Of a stretch of DNA of 64,000 nt, positions 15,964 through 26,545 are shown piece by piece (positions within the stretch are counted from its first letter, which is position 1; each line of letters starts with the position of its first letter). The DNA is from Vicinamibacterales bacterium (GTDB taxonomy: Bacteria > Acidobacteriota > Vicinamibacteria > Vicinamibacterales > SCN-69-37). Location: contig DATIWF010000062.1 of the NCBI GenBank assembly GCA_035519535.1, positions 350-64,349 of the forward strand, given 5' to 3'. A program made the translations under genes and the position numbers. A model generated the notes under the pieces. That model was not told where the DNA came from and did not search any database. It saw only the letters and a list, made by a program, of their open reading frames with translations.

Positions 15964-17361
15964 ATGGGATCTGCGCTTGCCGCGCTCTTCTTGTTTCTGG
16001 CCGCACGGCCGGTCCCGGACCAGCCGGCTCAGCCGCCGGCGGCGACCCGCGTCTATCTCCCGAACACCGCAGACGAGGACTGGACGTTCCTCAAAGATCC
16101 GTCCAAGCGCACCGACTTCTGGGATCCCGTGAAGTACATTCCGCTCGGTGCCGACGACCGATCGCTCACGCTCAGCGGCGAGATTCGCTACCGTCCCGAG
16201 GGCCTGCGCATCCACGGCGTCGGCGCGCAACCGTCGACGACGGACAACTACTTCCTGCAGCGATACCTGGTCGGCGCGGACCTTCACTTCAGCAAACAGA
16301 TGCGGCTGTTCGGCGAGCTGCAGAGCGGGATCATCAACGGCAAGCTCGGGTCGCCGCGGCCGACCGATCGCGACAGCTTCGATCTTCATCAGGCGTTTTT
16401 CGAGTTTCGCCGGACGCTTGGCAACCAGCGCCTGTTCGGGATTCGGGCCGGGCGGCAGGAGCTCTCCGTCGGCAGCTCGCGACTGATCTCCGCGAGTCCG
16501 GGGCTGAACGTCAAGCGCAGCTTCGACGGCGTCAACGTGCAGTACCAGGCGGCGTCGTGGCGGCTGGTGGGTGCGGCCGCCGAGCTGGTGGAGCTCAGGC
16601 AGGGGGCGTTCAACGATCGGGCGCACGGCGGCCAGCACTTCTGGGGCGTGGCGGTGACGCGGCGGAGCCCGCGATTCAAGCGCGGCGACCTGGGTCTGTA
16701 CTACCTGGGCATCGACCGGAAGCTCTCGATCTACGCGCAGGGCCTCGGTCCCGAATCCCGCCACACGATCGGCATGAAGTGGAGCGGCATCGGCACGCGG
16801 TTCGATCTCGACTACGACCTTGTGGGGCAGTGGGGACACTTCAACGGGGCGCCCGTGCGCGCGTGGGCGTTCGCGGCGGAAACCGGCTATCGACTGTCGT
16901 CCTCGCGTCTGGCGCCGCGGCTGAGCATTCGCACCGATCTCGCGTCGGGCGATCGCGATCCGGCGAGCGCCCGTCTCGAGTCGTTCGACCCGCTGTTTCC
17001 GGGCAACTCGTACTCCGGCAACGTCGGTCTCTTCGGCCCGACGAACCTGACGGATCTCACGCCCGCCTTCACCCTGCGGCCGGCGACGAAGCTCACGCTG
17101 GGCTTCGAGGCGCCGAGCTACTGGCGGACGTCGACCGGCGATGGGATCTACGCGACCGACCTCCGCGTGCTGCTCCCGCCGGGCGTCGGTTCGGGCAAGT
17201 ACGTCGGGACCAACCCGAGCGTCCTGGTGATCTACCAGGCGACGCACCATCTTCAGCTGCAAGGCGCGATCACGCGGATGCACGCGGGCGGCTTTCTCAG
17301 TGCGACATTCGTCGCGAAGGGATTCGGCTTCTACTCGGCGACCGCGCTCTATCGCTTCTGA
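15964..17361 (+). CDS. alginate-export-family outer-membrane beta-barrel
   Basis: 465 aa with a signal peptide, alternating beta-strand pattern and C-terminal ...SATALYRF (terminal Phe). Motifs such as LSGEIRYRPE, FLQRYLVGADL and RAGRQELSVGSSRLIS resemble AlgE-like porins. Confidence 0.6.
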   Translation: MGSALAALFLFLAARPVPDQPAQPPAATRVYLPNTADEDWTFLKDPSKRTDFWDPVKYIPLGADDRSLTLSGEIRYRPEGLRIHGVGAQPSTTDNYFLQRYLVGADLHFSKQMRLFGELQSGIINGKLGSPRPTDRDSFDLHQAFFEFRRTLGNQRLFGIRAGRQELSVGSSRLISASPGLNVKRSFDGVNVQYQAASWRLVGAAAELVELRQGAFNDRAHGGQHFWGVAVTRRSPRFKRGDLGLYYLGIDRKLSIYAQGLGPESRHTIGMKWSGIGTRFDLDYDLVGQWGHFNGAPVRAWAFAAETGYRLSSSRLAPRLSIRTDLASGDRDPASARLESFDPLFPGNSYSGNVGLFGPTNLTDLTPAFTLRPATKLTLGFEAPSYWRTSTGDGIYATDLRVLLPPGVGSGKYVGTNPSVLVIYQATHHLQLQGAITRMHAGGFLSATFVAKGFGFYSATALYRF

Positions 17362-19697
17362 CGGCTGCGGCGGATGTCCGCGAGCAGTGCGGCGGCGTCA
17401 GCGTCGCCGGGTGAAAGGTCCACGAGCCGGGTCGCGAGCATTTCGGCGCGCGCGAGGTCGCCGCTCTCGCGCACGTAGCTGACGAGCCCGGCCAGCACGG
17501 TGCGGTCGCCCGGGTGGGCGCGCCACGTGCGATCCAGCAGATCGATCGCCGCGGCGGGCCGGCCGGCGTCGTGCGTCGCCACGGCCAGCATGTACTGCGC
17601 AGTCGTGTCGTCGGGCGCGAGGGCCGCAGCGCGCGTGAGCTCGGCGACGGCGCCGGGCAGATCGTGCCGCCGCGCCAGCAGCAGTCCGAGCGCGTGGTGC
17701 AGCGACGCCGCCTCGGGGGTGCGCGCGAGCGCCTCCCGCAGCACGCGCTCGCCCTCATCGTCGCGCCCCTGCGAGCGGTAGAGATCGGCCAGGTTGACGG
17801 ACGCCGGGGCGAAGTACGGTTCGAGACGACGGGCCGTCTCGTATTCCTGCCGGGCCCGATCGACGTCGCCGCGCTCGGCGTACAGCGCGCCGAGGTTCAC
17901 GTGCGCGCCCGCCGAGTCCGCGTTGAAACGCTGCACGTCTTCCCACTCGGCGAGCGCGCGTGCGCGACGCGCCCGATCCGGTTCGGCCAGGGCGCCGTCG
18001 GGCGCCGTTGCCAGCGCGCGGGCGGCCTCGATGCGGACCGCGCGCACCGGGTCGGCGATGAGCGGCGCCAGCAGCGACGCCCGCGGCTGGACCGGCAACG
18101 CCCCGAGCACGTCGACCGCGGCCAGGCGGAGCAGCGCGTCTGGATCGCGCAGAGCCCGCTCGATGACCGGTCCAGACTGCCCGTCGATCCAGCGCGCCAG
18201 CAGCGAGACCGCCGTCGCCCGCACGATCCCCGGCGCCGCGTCGTCGGCGACGACCGACAGCAAGCGCGATTCGGCGTCCGCGGCGGCGGTCCGCCCGGCG
18301 GCGAGCGCCTCTCCATAGTGCGGCGGCAGCGTCTGCGAGCCCATCCACACGGCAACCTGCGCGGCGGCCCACGCGGGCGGTCGATCGGCGTGGCACGCCG
18401 CGCACGCGTTGGGCGTGCCAATCTTCATGGTGAGGTCCGGCCGGGGCACGCGAAAACTGTGGTCGCGCCGATCGTCCACCGTCATGTACGTGCGCGTCGG
18501 CATGTGGCAAAAGACGCACTGGCTGCCCGCGGATCCCTCAGCATGGTGATGGTGCGCCGGCGACGCGAACTTCGAGGCGAGGTGACATCGCTGGCAGACC
18601 TCGTCGAGGTTCGACGCGATCTCCGGCCGGTGCGGCTCGTGACAGTCGCTGCACGTCACGCCCTTTGCATACATCTTGCTCTGCAGGAACGATCCGTACT
18701 CGTAGACCTCGTCCTTGATCTGGCCGTCGGCGAAGTACAGATCCTCCTCGAGGAGCGAGGGGCGATGCGTGTCGGCGAGCGGGCGACCGACATGGTAGTC
18801 GTCGGTCAACTGGGCGCGCCGGGAGTGGCAGCGCGCGCACATCTCGACTTCGACCCGCGACGTGCGCGGCCGGTCGCGATGCGCAAGGCCCGTCGACGGA
18901 TCGAGGATCCACGAGGCGCCGTCATGTGCGCCGAGCGGCACCAGTCCGTCGTCCTCGCCCGGACGCCGCGGCGTGTTCGCGGCGCGGCCGCGCGCCCACG
19001 CGACGTGCTGCGAGCCGGCGCCATGGCACGCTTCACAGCCGACACTCAGATCGCTCCACGTCGTCTCGTACCGGTCCTCCGCGGCGACGTACCGTTTGCG
19101 CAGATTCGTCGAGTGGCAGTCGGCGCACATGAAGTTCCAGTTCTGCGATCGGCTCGTCCAGTGCTGCACGTCACCCGCGCGAATCGGCGTCGCCGGATAC
19201 AGGTGATACCAGCGCTGGCCCTTCGGCGCCGGCCGGTCGTCCCACGCCACGCCAAGGGCCTGCAAACGCCCGCCGGCAAGCGGCAGCAGGTATTGCTGGA
19301 GAGGGTAGACGCCGAAGGTGTACGCGACCTCGAAGTCCTGCGGCTTCCCGTCGGGGCCGTCCGTGCGAACGACGTACTTGCCGTTGCGCTGCGAGAAAGA
19401 CGACGTCATGCCGTGCAGCGTGAACGTCTCCCCGGCGAATCTGGCCTCGACGGTTGCGGAGGACGGCGCCTGCATCGCGCGCGCGTGCATCGACGGCTGC
19501 CAGCGCGCGGCCTCAATCGCGTGGCACTCGGCGCAGACCGCCGCGCCGACGAACGTCGCGCCCGCGTCGCTTTCGCGCGCCGCAGTCGCTGAAACGGCGT
19601 GCGAGGCGTCCCGCGCATGATGCCGGACCCACCACATGAGGCTGCCCGCGGCGATCAGCGCGATCACGCCGGCGCTCGTCCAGCGGGATGTCGTCAT
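17349..19697 (-). CDS. octahaem c-type cytochrome fused to HEAT-like and TPR repeats
   Basis: 782 aa with an N-terminal TM anchor and eight CxxCH motifs (CAECH, CADCH, CEACH, CARCH, CSDCH, CQRCH, CVFCH, CAACH). The C-terminal ~330 aa are repeats of the TPR type (…AHVNLGALYAERGDVDRARQEYETARRLEP…). Confidence 0.85.
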   Translation of the reverse strand: MTTSRWTSAGVIALIAAGSLMWWVRHHARDASHAVSATAARESDAGATFVGAAVCAECHAIEAARWQPSMHARAMQAPSSATVEARFAGETFTLHGMTSSFSQRNGKYVVRTDGPDGKPQDFEVAYTFGVYPLQQYLLPLAGGRLQALGVAWDDRPAPKGQRWYHLYPATPIRAGDVQHWTSRSQNWNFMCADCHSTNLRKRYVAAEDRYETTWSDLSVGCEACHGAGSQHVAWARGRAANTPRRPGEDDGLVPLGAHDGASWILDPSTGLAHRDRPRTSRVEVEMCARCHSRRAQLTDDYHVGRPLADTHRPSLLEEDLYFADGQIKDEVYEYGSFLQSKMYAKGVTCSDCHEPHRPEIASNLDEVCQRCHLASKFASPAHHHHAEGSAGSQCVFCHMPTRTYMTVDDRRDHSFRVPRPDLTMKIGTPNACAACHADRPPAWAAAQVAVWMGSQTLPPHYGEALAAGRTAAADAESRLLSVVADDAAPGIVRATAVSLLARWIDGQSGPVIERALRDPDALLRLAAVDVLGALPVQPRASLLAPLIADPVRAVRIEAARALATAPDGALAEPDRARRARALAEWEDVQRFNADSAGAHVNLGALYAERGDVDRARQEYETARRLEPYFAPASVNLADLYRSQGRDDEGERVLREALARTPEAASLHHALGLLLARRHDLPGAVAELTRAAALAPDDTTAQYMLAVATHDAGRPAAAIDLLDRTWRAHPGDRTVLAGLVSYVRESGDLARAEMLATRLVDLSPGDADAAALLADIRRSRQKR

Positions 19698-19747
19698 CCG
19701 GCTGATATTATGTCGGGCGCATCGGTCACTGTTGGAGATCCCCCACG

Positions 19748-22144
19748 ATGAAGCGATCAGCGCCTCTGTTCGTCCTTGCTCTTTGTGTCGCGTGCAGCCA
19801 GAAAGAATCAGCGCCCGAGAACGTACTTCCCAGGCCCGAGGCGCCGTTCAAAGGCAAGATCGGGCGCACGGTGAGGGAGTCCACGCCGGACTTTCCCGCG
19901 GGCGTGCAGGCGCCCAAGGGCGCGCCCAACGTTCTGCTGATTCTGACCGACGACGTCGGCTTCGGCGCCTCGAGCACCTTCGGCGGACCGATTCCGACGC
20001 CGACGATGGATCGGTTGGCGAAGAGCGGCCTGCGCTACACGCAGTTCCACACGACGGCGCTGTGCTCGCCCACGCGCGCCGCGCTGCTGTCCGGACGCAA
20101 TCATCACTCGGTCGCGACGGGCGTCATCATGGAGCTCGGCACCGGCTTCCCCGGCTACAACTCGATCATGCCGAAGAGCGCCGGCACGTTCGCGGAGGTG
20201 CTGAAGCAGAACGGGTACAACACGGCGTGGTACGGCAAGAACCACAACGTGCCCGACTGGATGTCGAGCCAGGCCGGGCCGTTCGACCTCTGGCCGACAG
20301 GTCTCGGGTTCGAGTACTTCTACGGCTTCATCGGCGGCGACGCGAACCAATGGAACCCGGCGCTGTTCGAGAATACCCAGCCGATCGAGCCGCCCCACGA
20401 CCAGAAGGACTACTTTTTCGATCGCGACATGGCCGACCACGCGATCGATCGCATTCGGCTGCTGCACTCGGTCGCGCCCGACAAGCCGTGGCTGCAGTAC
20501 TACGCAACGGGCACCGCGCACGCGCCGCATCACGCGCCGCGGGACTGGATCGCGAAGTTCAAGGGGCAGTTCGACCAGGGCTGGGACAAGGTGCGCGAGG
20601 AGACCTTCGCACGGCAGAAGCAGCTGGGCGTGATCCCGCAGGACACGAAGCTCACGCCGCGGCCCGACGGGATTCCGTCGTGGGAGTCGCAGGACGCCGA
20701 TCACAAGCGGGTCTACGCGCGGATGATGGAGGTGTACGCGGGCGCGCTGGCGCACGCCGACAGCCAGATTGGCCGCATCGTCGACGCCATTGACGACCTG
20801 GGCGAGCTCGACAACACGCTCGTGATCTACATCATGGGCGACAACGGCGCGAGCGCGGAAGGCAGCGCGCAGGGCCTGCTGAATGAAATGACGTTCTTCA
20901 ACGGCATCCCGGAGGACTTCAAGGAGGTCGAACGGCGAATCGACGAGCTCGGCACGGACAAGACCTACAACCACTACCCGATCGGCTGGGCGCACGCGAT
21001 GGACACGCCGTTTCAGTGGACGAAGCAGGTCGCCTCGCACTTCGGCGGCACGCGCAACGGCCTCGTGATCTCCTGGCCGGCCCGCATCAAGGACAGAGGC
21101 GGGATCCGCACGCAATTCCACCACGTCATCGACGTCGCGCCGACGATCCTCGAGGCGGCGGGCGTGCAGGCGCCGTCCGTCCTGAACGGTGTGCCGCAGA
21201 AGCCAATCGAGGGCGTGAGCATGGTGTACACGTTCGACAGTCCCACTGCGCCGTCAGCGCACCGCACGCAGTACTTCGAGATGGCCGGCAACCGCGCGAT
21301 CTACAGCGACGGGTGGGTCGCAGCGACGACCCCGCCGATCGCGCCGTGGGTGAGTACCGCGGAGGCGATCGACATCGACGCCTACAAGTGGGAGCTCTAC
21401 CACGTCAGCGAGGACTTCTCCGAGGCTGTGAACCTGGCCGACAAGAATCCTGCGAAGCTCAGAGAGCTGCAGGATCTGTTCTGGAGCGAAGCCGCGAAGT
21501 ACAACGTGCTGCCGATCGACAACAGTCGCATGGAGCGGATGGACGTCAGCATTCGTCCGAGTCTGACGCGCGGCCGATCGGTCTTCACGTTCTATCCGGG
21601 CCAGACGCGGATCCCTGAAGGGAGCGCGCCGGACATGAAGAACAAATCGTGGAAGGTGGGCGCGGACGTGGACATTCCGGCGGGTGGCGCCGACGGCGTG
21701 ATCGCGACGCAGGGCGGACGGTTCGCCGGCTGGGGCCTCTACCTGCTCGGCGGCAAGCCCGTGTTTCACTACAACCTCGCCGGCGTCCAGCGCTTCACCA
21801 TTGCCGCCAGGGACAAGATCGCGCCCGGCCGGCACACGGTGCTCGTGGAGTTCAAGTACGACGGCGGCGGCATCGCCAAGGGCGGGGCGGTGACGATCAG
21901 GGTGGACGACAAGCCCGTCGCCCAGGGCCGCATCGAGCGCACGCTGCCGTTCCGCATGACCGTGGACGAGACGCTGGACATCGGCGAGGACACGGGCACG
22001 CCCGTCAGCGAGGACTACAAGGTGCCGTTCAAGTTCACCGGCACGCTGAACCGGGTGCTCGTGCGGCTCGGCGACGAGAAGCTGAGCGCCGAGGATCAGG
22101 CGCAGATCAACCGGGCGCTCGCCGCGCTGGCGGCCGCGCGATAA
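19748..22144 (+). CDS. arylsulfatase (formylglycine-dependent), lipoprotein-like signal
   Basis: 798 aa. LLILTDDVGFG...TALCSPTRAALLSGRNHH carries the C-x-P-x-R sulfatase signature. The signal ends in ...LALCVAC. Confidence 0.9.
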   Translation: MKRSAPLFVLALCVACSQKESAPENVLPRPEAPFKGKIGRTVRESTPDFPAGVQAPKGAPNVLLILTDDVGFGASSTFGGPIPTPTMDRLAKSGLRYTQFHTTALCSPTRAALLSGRNHHSVATGVIMELGTGFPGYNSIMPKSAGTFAEVLKQNGYNTAWYGKNHNVPDWMSSQAGPFDLWPTGLGFEYFYGFIGGDANQWNPALFENTQPIEPPHDQKDYFFDRDMADHAIDRIRLLHSVAPDKPWLQYYATGTAHAPHHAPRDWIAKFKGQFDQGWDKVREETFARQKQLGVIPQDTKLTPRPDGIPSWESQDADHKRVYARMMEVYAGALAHADSQIGRIVDAIDDLGELDNTLVIYIMGDNGASAEGSAQGLLNEMTFFNGIPEDFKEVERRIDELGTDKTYNHYPIGWAHAMDTPFQWTKQVASHFGGTRNGLVISWPARIKDRGGIRTQFHHVIDVAPTILEAAGVQAPSVLNGVPQKPIEGVSMVYTFDSPTAPSAHRTQYFEMAGNRAIYSDGWVAATTPPIAPWVSTAEAIDIDAYKWELYHVSEDFSEAVNLADKNPAKLRELQDLFWSEAAKYNVLPIDNSRMERMDVSIRPSLTRGRSVFTFYPGQTRIPEGSAPDMKNKSWKVGADVDIPAGGADGVIATQGGRFAGWGLYLLGGKPVFHYNLAGVQRFTIAARDKIAPGRHTVLVEFKYDGGGIAKGGAVTIRVDDKPVAQGRIERTLPFRMTVDETLDIGEDTGTPVSEDYKVPFKFTGTLNRVLVRLGDEKLSAEDQAQINRALAALAAAR

Positions 22145-22285
22145 AGACGAGGCGGTCGCGCCGTCACGGTACTCCGGGGGGAGCTTGGCGGGTAGGCGCG
22201 ACAGGGCAAAGGCGGAAGGCAGAAGGCAAAGACCAGGACGGCCGGCGGGAGCGCACGCTATAGTTAATCCTCGGAGGTCGTGCGC

Positions 22286-23926
22286 ATGATGCGTGGCTGG
22301 GCCCGTCGCCCGACGGGCGCGATCGTGTGTGTCGCAATTCTTCTTGGTGTGGTCCTCATCGCTCGTGATTCTCGGGTGTCGGCGTTCCCCCAGCGCGCCG
22401 GCCTCGGCAACCCCCGCGAACCTGTTGTCAATCAGCGACCGGCGCCCGCGGCGTCGGCCGTGGACGTCGGCCAGCTGCAGCTCACCGGCGATCGCGTCGC
22501 AGCGTTCGTGGAGGCGTACACCCGGCATCTCGACTACCTGCCCGGCGAAGTCCTGGTGACGTTCAAGCCCGGGATGTCGACGTCGCAGCAGCAGCGCGCG
22601 CTCATGGCGCTGCGCAGCCGGCCGTCGGTGGACGACCTGCATTGGCTGCCGGGCACGACCACTGCGCTCCTGCGTGACGTCACGCAGCCGGACGCGAACG
22701 TCCTGGCGAGTCAGTTGAGCGAGCAGCCGGAAGTCGCGTCGGCCCAGCCGAACTACCTGCGGCATCGCGCGGTGCAGCGCCAGCGGCGGATCGCGTCAAC
22801 GACCGCGACGGCCGCTCCGCTTGGCACGCCGAACGATCCCGATTACGGCAACTACCAGTGGAATTTCGGCATGCTCGACATGCCGCACGCCTGGGACATC
22901 CAGCCCGGCGGCAATTCGGGCCTCATCGTCGCGACGGTGGACACCGGCGTGACAACCGTCACGCAATCGTTCACGTTCCCGCTCTTCACCGGGTCGGCGA
23001 TCGAGACCGTCAGTCTGCCGTTCGCGGTGAGCCCGGACCTGCCGCAGTCGCGGATCGTGGGCCCAAAGGACTTCGTCTTCATGCCGAGCGGCGGGCCGGT
23101 GCTGGACTTCGACGGCCACGGCACGCACGTGAGCTCGACGATCGGCGAGGCGACCAACAACGGCATCCTGCTCGCCGGCATGGCCTACAACGTGCGCATC
23201 ATGCCGGTGAAGGTGTGCCTCGGCTACTGGGAGCTGATGATCGCGAACGCCCAGGCGGGGATCACCGGGTTCCTGCCGCAGGACGTCGGCGGGTGCCCCG
23301 ACGATGCCATCTCGTCGGGGATCCGGTACGCGACGGACAACGGCGCCAAGGTCATCAACATCAGCCTCGGCGGCGACTCGCCGGACACGATCGTCCGCGA
23401 CGCGATCGCATACGCGGTCGCGCACGGCGCGTTCGTCGCCATCGCGATGGGCAACGACTTCGAGGACGGCAATCCGATCGACTACCCGGCGTTCTACGCG
23501 CCGCAGATCAACGGCGCGATGTCGGTCGCGGCCGTCAGCAAGTTCGCCAATCACGCGTACTACTCGACGACGGGCAGCTACTGCGAGATCGCGGCGCCCG
23601 GCGGCGACGACCGCGACGCCAGCGGGCTCGATGCGGGATACGTCTGGCAGGTCACGCTCTACTATCCGGACCAGGATCCGGCGTTGAAAGTGCCGCGGTT
23701 CGATCGGCTCTACGGCATCGGCTACATCGGGACGTCGATGGCGACGCCGCACGTCGCGGCGACGGCCGCGCTGCTCATGTCACAGGGCGTCACCGATCCT
23801 GCGGCCATCGAGGCGCTGATCACGAAGACCGCCAAGGACCTCGGCGCCAAGGGCAAGGACGACACGTTCGGGAACGGACTCATCCAGCCCAGGCCGGCGT
23901 TGTTCGGCTTCGGCGTCATCAAGTAG
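22286..23926 (+). CDS. S8 family (subtilisin-like) serine peptidase
   Basis: Asp box VATVDTGV, His box DGHGTHVSSTIGE and Ser box GTSMATPHVAATAALL. I chose ATG 22286 (GGAGG 8 nt upstream) over the track start at GTG 22280. Confidence 0.9.
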   Translation: MMRGWARRPTGAIVCVAILLGVVLIARDSRVSAFPQRAGLGNPREPVVNQRPAPAASAVDVGQLQLTGDRVAAFVEAYTRHLDYLPGEVLVTFKPGMSTSQQQRALMALRSRPSVDDLHWLPGTTTALLRDVTQPDANVLASQLSEQPEVASAQPNYLRHRAVQRQRRIASTTATAAPLGTPNDPDYGNYQWNFGMLDMPHAWDIQPGGNSGLIVATVDTGVTTVTQSFTFPLFTGSAIETVSLPFAVSPDLPQSRIVGPKDFVFMPSGGPVLDFDGHGTHVSSTIGEATNNGILLAGMAYNVRIMPVKVCLGYWELMIANAQAGITGFLPQDVGGCPDDAISSGIRYATDNGAKVINISLGGDSPDTIVRDAIAYAVAHGAFVAIAMGNDFEDGNPIDYPAFYAPQINGAMSVAAVSKFANHAYYSTTGSYCEIAAPGGDDRDASGLDAGYVWQVTLYYPDQDPALKVPRFDRLYGIGYIGTSMATPHVAATAALLMSQGVTDPAAIEALITKTAKDLGAKGKDDTFGNGLIQPRPALFGFGVIK

Positions 23927-23933
23927 GCCGCCG

Positions 23934-24635
23934 ATGCGACGAGCCGTCTTCACGTTGCTGATCGTGTGTGTGGTGTTCGCGCCGGGGGTTTCGGCCGCCC
24001 AGACGCGTCCGACGCCGTCGTCCCCACAGCCGGCGCGCCGGCCCGCGCCGCCGCCGAAGAAGAAGGAGAAGGTCGGATTCCGCGCCTATGTCGGCGTGGA
24101 CATCGAGGCGATGTCGGCGTCGCAGAGCTTCAAGGCGGTGACCGGGTCGTCGACGTTCATCGGGCCGTCCGGCGGCGTCGAGATCACTAATATCTGGCAT
24201 ACGGTGTTCGCGCGCGTCGCCTTTGCGCACGCGAGCAAGGACGGCCAGCGCGTCTTCGTCAACAACGGGACGGTCTTCCCGCTGAACATTCCGCTCAAGG
24301 TCGGCATGACGCCGATCGAGCTCGGCGGCGGGTTCCGGCGCGTCATGGACAAGAAGAAGCTCTGGACCGGATACGCCGGCGTGAGCGCGCTCTTCCTGAA
24401 CTACTCGGAGACCTCCACGGGCGCGCTTGCCGGAGACGACACGCACCAGACGTTCACCGGCGTCACGATTTTCGGCGGTGTCGATCGCGGGTTCCACAAG
24501 TACCTGATGACGGGCGTCGAGGCGCAGTATCGCAGCGTGCCGAACGCCCTCGGCACGGCCGGCGTCTCGCAGGCGTACAACGAGACGAACCTCGGCGGCT
24601 TCGCGGTGCGGATCTTCTTCGGGTTCAAGCGCTGA
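23934..24635 (+). CDS. outer-membrane beta-barrel protein (hypothetical)
   Basis: 233 aa with a signal peptide (…APGVSAAQ), a Pro/Lys-rich linker, then alternating-hydrophobicity strands ending in ...AVRIFFGFKR. Confidence 0.5.
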   Translation: MRRAVFTLLIVCVVFAPGVSAAQTRPTPSSPQPARRPAPPPKKKEKVGFRAYVGVDIEAMSASQSFKAVTGSSTFIGPSGGVEITNIWHTVFARVAFAHASKDGQRVFVNNGTVFPLNIPLKVGMTPIELGGGFRRVMDKKKLWTGYAGVSALFLNYSETSTGALAGDDTHQTFTGVTIFGGVDRGFHKYLMTGVEAQYRSVPNALGTAGVSQAYNETNLGGFAVRIFFGFKR

Positions 24636-25194
24636 CGCGATAGCTCGCGAGGACGCAGCCGCCCGCAAGCTGGCGGCACTCGGTGAGCGTCAGCGCCACG
24701 CGGCGGCCGGCATCGCGGAACACCGGCACGCCCGATCCCAGAAGGATCGGGTGGATGTTCAGACCGACTTCATCGACCAGACCGGCCGCGAGGAGCGACG
24801 TCGCAAGCTCGCCGCCGCCCATGAGGCACATGCGTCCGCCCGGCTGGGATTTGAGGCGGCGGACGAAGCCGGCCGCATCCTCGCGCACGAGTTCCACGCC
24901 GGCCGCGTCGATCGACTCGAGGGTGCGCGAGAAGACGTAGGTGTGCATCTTCGGCGGCTTCGACGGCCGCCGATCGGCCGGCGGCCGGCGTGCCGGCTTC
25001 GGTCGGGCGGGGGACTGGGCTGCGGCGAAGGCCCAGGTCTTGCGGCCCATCAGGATCGTATCCACGCCTTTCCAGTACGCGGCCATCACGGCCTGGACGT
25101 CCGGGCTGAAGATCAGCCAGTCGATCGATCCGTCCGGCCCGGCCAGAAAGCCGTCGAGACTGATCGCCCCGCCGTAGGTGAGGGTGCGCGCCAT
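24625..25194 (-). CDS. dihydrofolate reductase family protein (RibD C-terminal domain type)
   Basis: 189 aa. ISLDGFLAGPDGSIDW...DTILMGRKTW...GGGELATSLLAAGLVDEVGLNIHPILLGSGVPVF matches the family, with a Pro/Arg-rich insert. Confidence 0.75.
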   Translation of the reverse strand: MARTLTYGGAISLDGFLAGPDGSIDWLIFSPDVQAVMAAYWKGVDTILMGRKTWAFAAAQSPARPKPARRPPADRRPSKPPKMHTYVFSRTLESIDAAGVELVREDAAGFVRRLKSQPGGRMCLMGGGELATSLLAAGLVDEVGLNIHPILLGSGVPVFRDAGRRVALTLTECRQLAGGCVLASYRVSA

Positions 25195-25286
25195 CGCTCG
25201 CCTCCGCGTGTGGTCCCGATATAACTAAATGCCTGTTGAGAAATGATACTATTCGCCCGTTTAGAAACTGTCAAGCCCGGCCGACG

Positions 25287-25901
25287 ATGAGCCCGCGCCC
25301 GCGCAAGGTCACCGACGAGGAGCTGTTCGCCGCGGTCTACGCCGTGATGAACCGCGTCGGCCCGGCTGGCCTGACGCTTGCCGCGATTGCCCGCGAGGCG
25401 GGCGTGACGGCGGCGGTCATCGTGCAGCGCTTCGGCTCGAAGCGCGGGCTCATGCGCGCGCTCGCTGGGCAGGTGGCCGGGCAAGCCGGCGATCTGATCG
25501 CGGGGCTGGCGCGCCGGCACCGCTCGGCGCTCGCGGCGCTGCGCGCGTATGCGGACTGCCTGGCCGGGATGGCCAGCTCGCCGGCGGCGTTTTTGCGGAA
25601 TCTCGCCTATCTGCAGATGGATTTGAGCGATCCAGTCCTGAGGCGGCACCTCGCGCGCCAGGGTCGGGCCACGCGGGCGGGCCTCTCGCGTCTCGTGCGT
25701 GCGGCGCAGCGCGCGGGCGAGCTGTCGTCGGACGCGCGTCCGGGCCAGATCGCGCGCACGCTCGAGGCCGTGATCGGCGGGTCGCTTCTGGCGTGGGCGT
25801 TCTACCAGGAGGGGTCCGCGGTGGCGTGGGTCCGCGCGGACGTCGACGCAGTGCTGGCGCCGTACCGGCGGTCGCGCGGCGCGGCCGGGCCGCGCACCTG
25901 A
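25287..25901 (+). CDS. TetR/AcrR family transcriptional regulator
   Basis: HTH region LTLAAIAREAGVTAAVIVQRFGSKRGLMRAL. I placed the start at ATG 25287 (MSPRPRKVTDEELF). Confidence 0.8.
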   Translation: MSPRPRKVTDEELFAAVYAVMNRVGPAGLTLAAIAREAGVTAAVIVQRFGSKRGLMRALAGQVAGQAGDLIAGLARRHRSALAALRAYADCLAGMASSPAAFLRNLAYLQMDLSDPVLRRHLARQGRATRAGLSRLVRAAQRAGELSSDARPGQIARTLEAVIGGSLLAWAFYQEGSAVAWVRADVDAVLAPYRRSRGAAGPRT

Positions 25902-25911
25902 CTCCGCGTGA

Positions 25912-26420
<509 letters not shown>

Positions 26421-26445
26421 CGCATCATTGACCTGAGCTCTCGAC

Positions 26446-26536
26446 GGAGAGGTACCGAAGTGGTCGTAACGGGGACGCCTCGAAAGCGTCTTGTCGGGTA
26501 ACCGGCACGTGGGTTCGAATCCCACCCTCTCCGCCA
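26446..26536 (+). tRNA. tRNA-Ser(CGA)
   Basis: Folded by hand: acceptor GGAGAGG/CCTCTCC, D stem CCG/CGG, anticodon stem GACGC/GCGTC with loop CTCGAAA (anticodon CGA), long variable arm (CGG-GTAA-CCG), T arm GTGGG-TTCGAAT-CCCAC, discriminator G, encoded CCA. Confidence 0.9.
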
Positions 26537-26545
26537 TCCTTCGCT

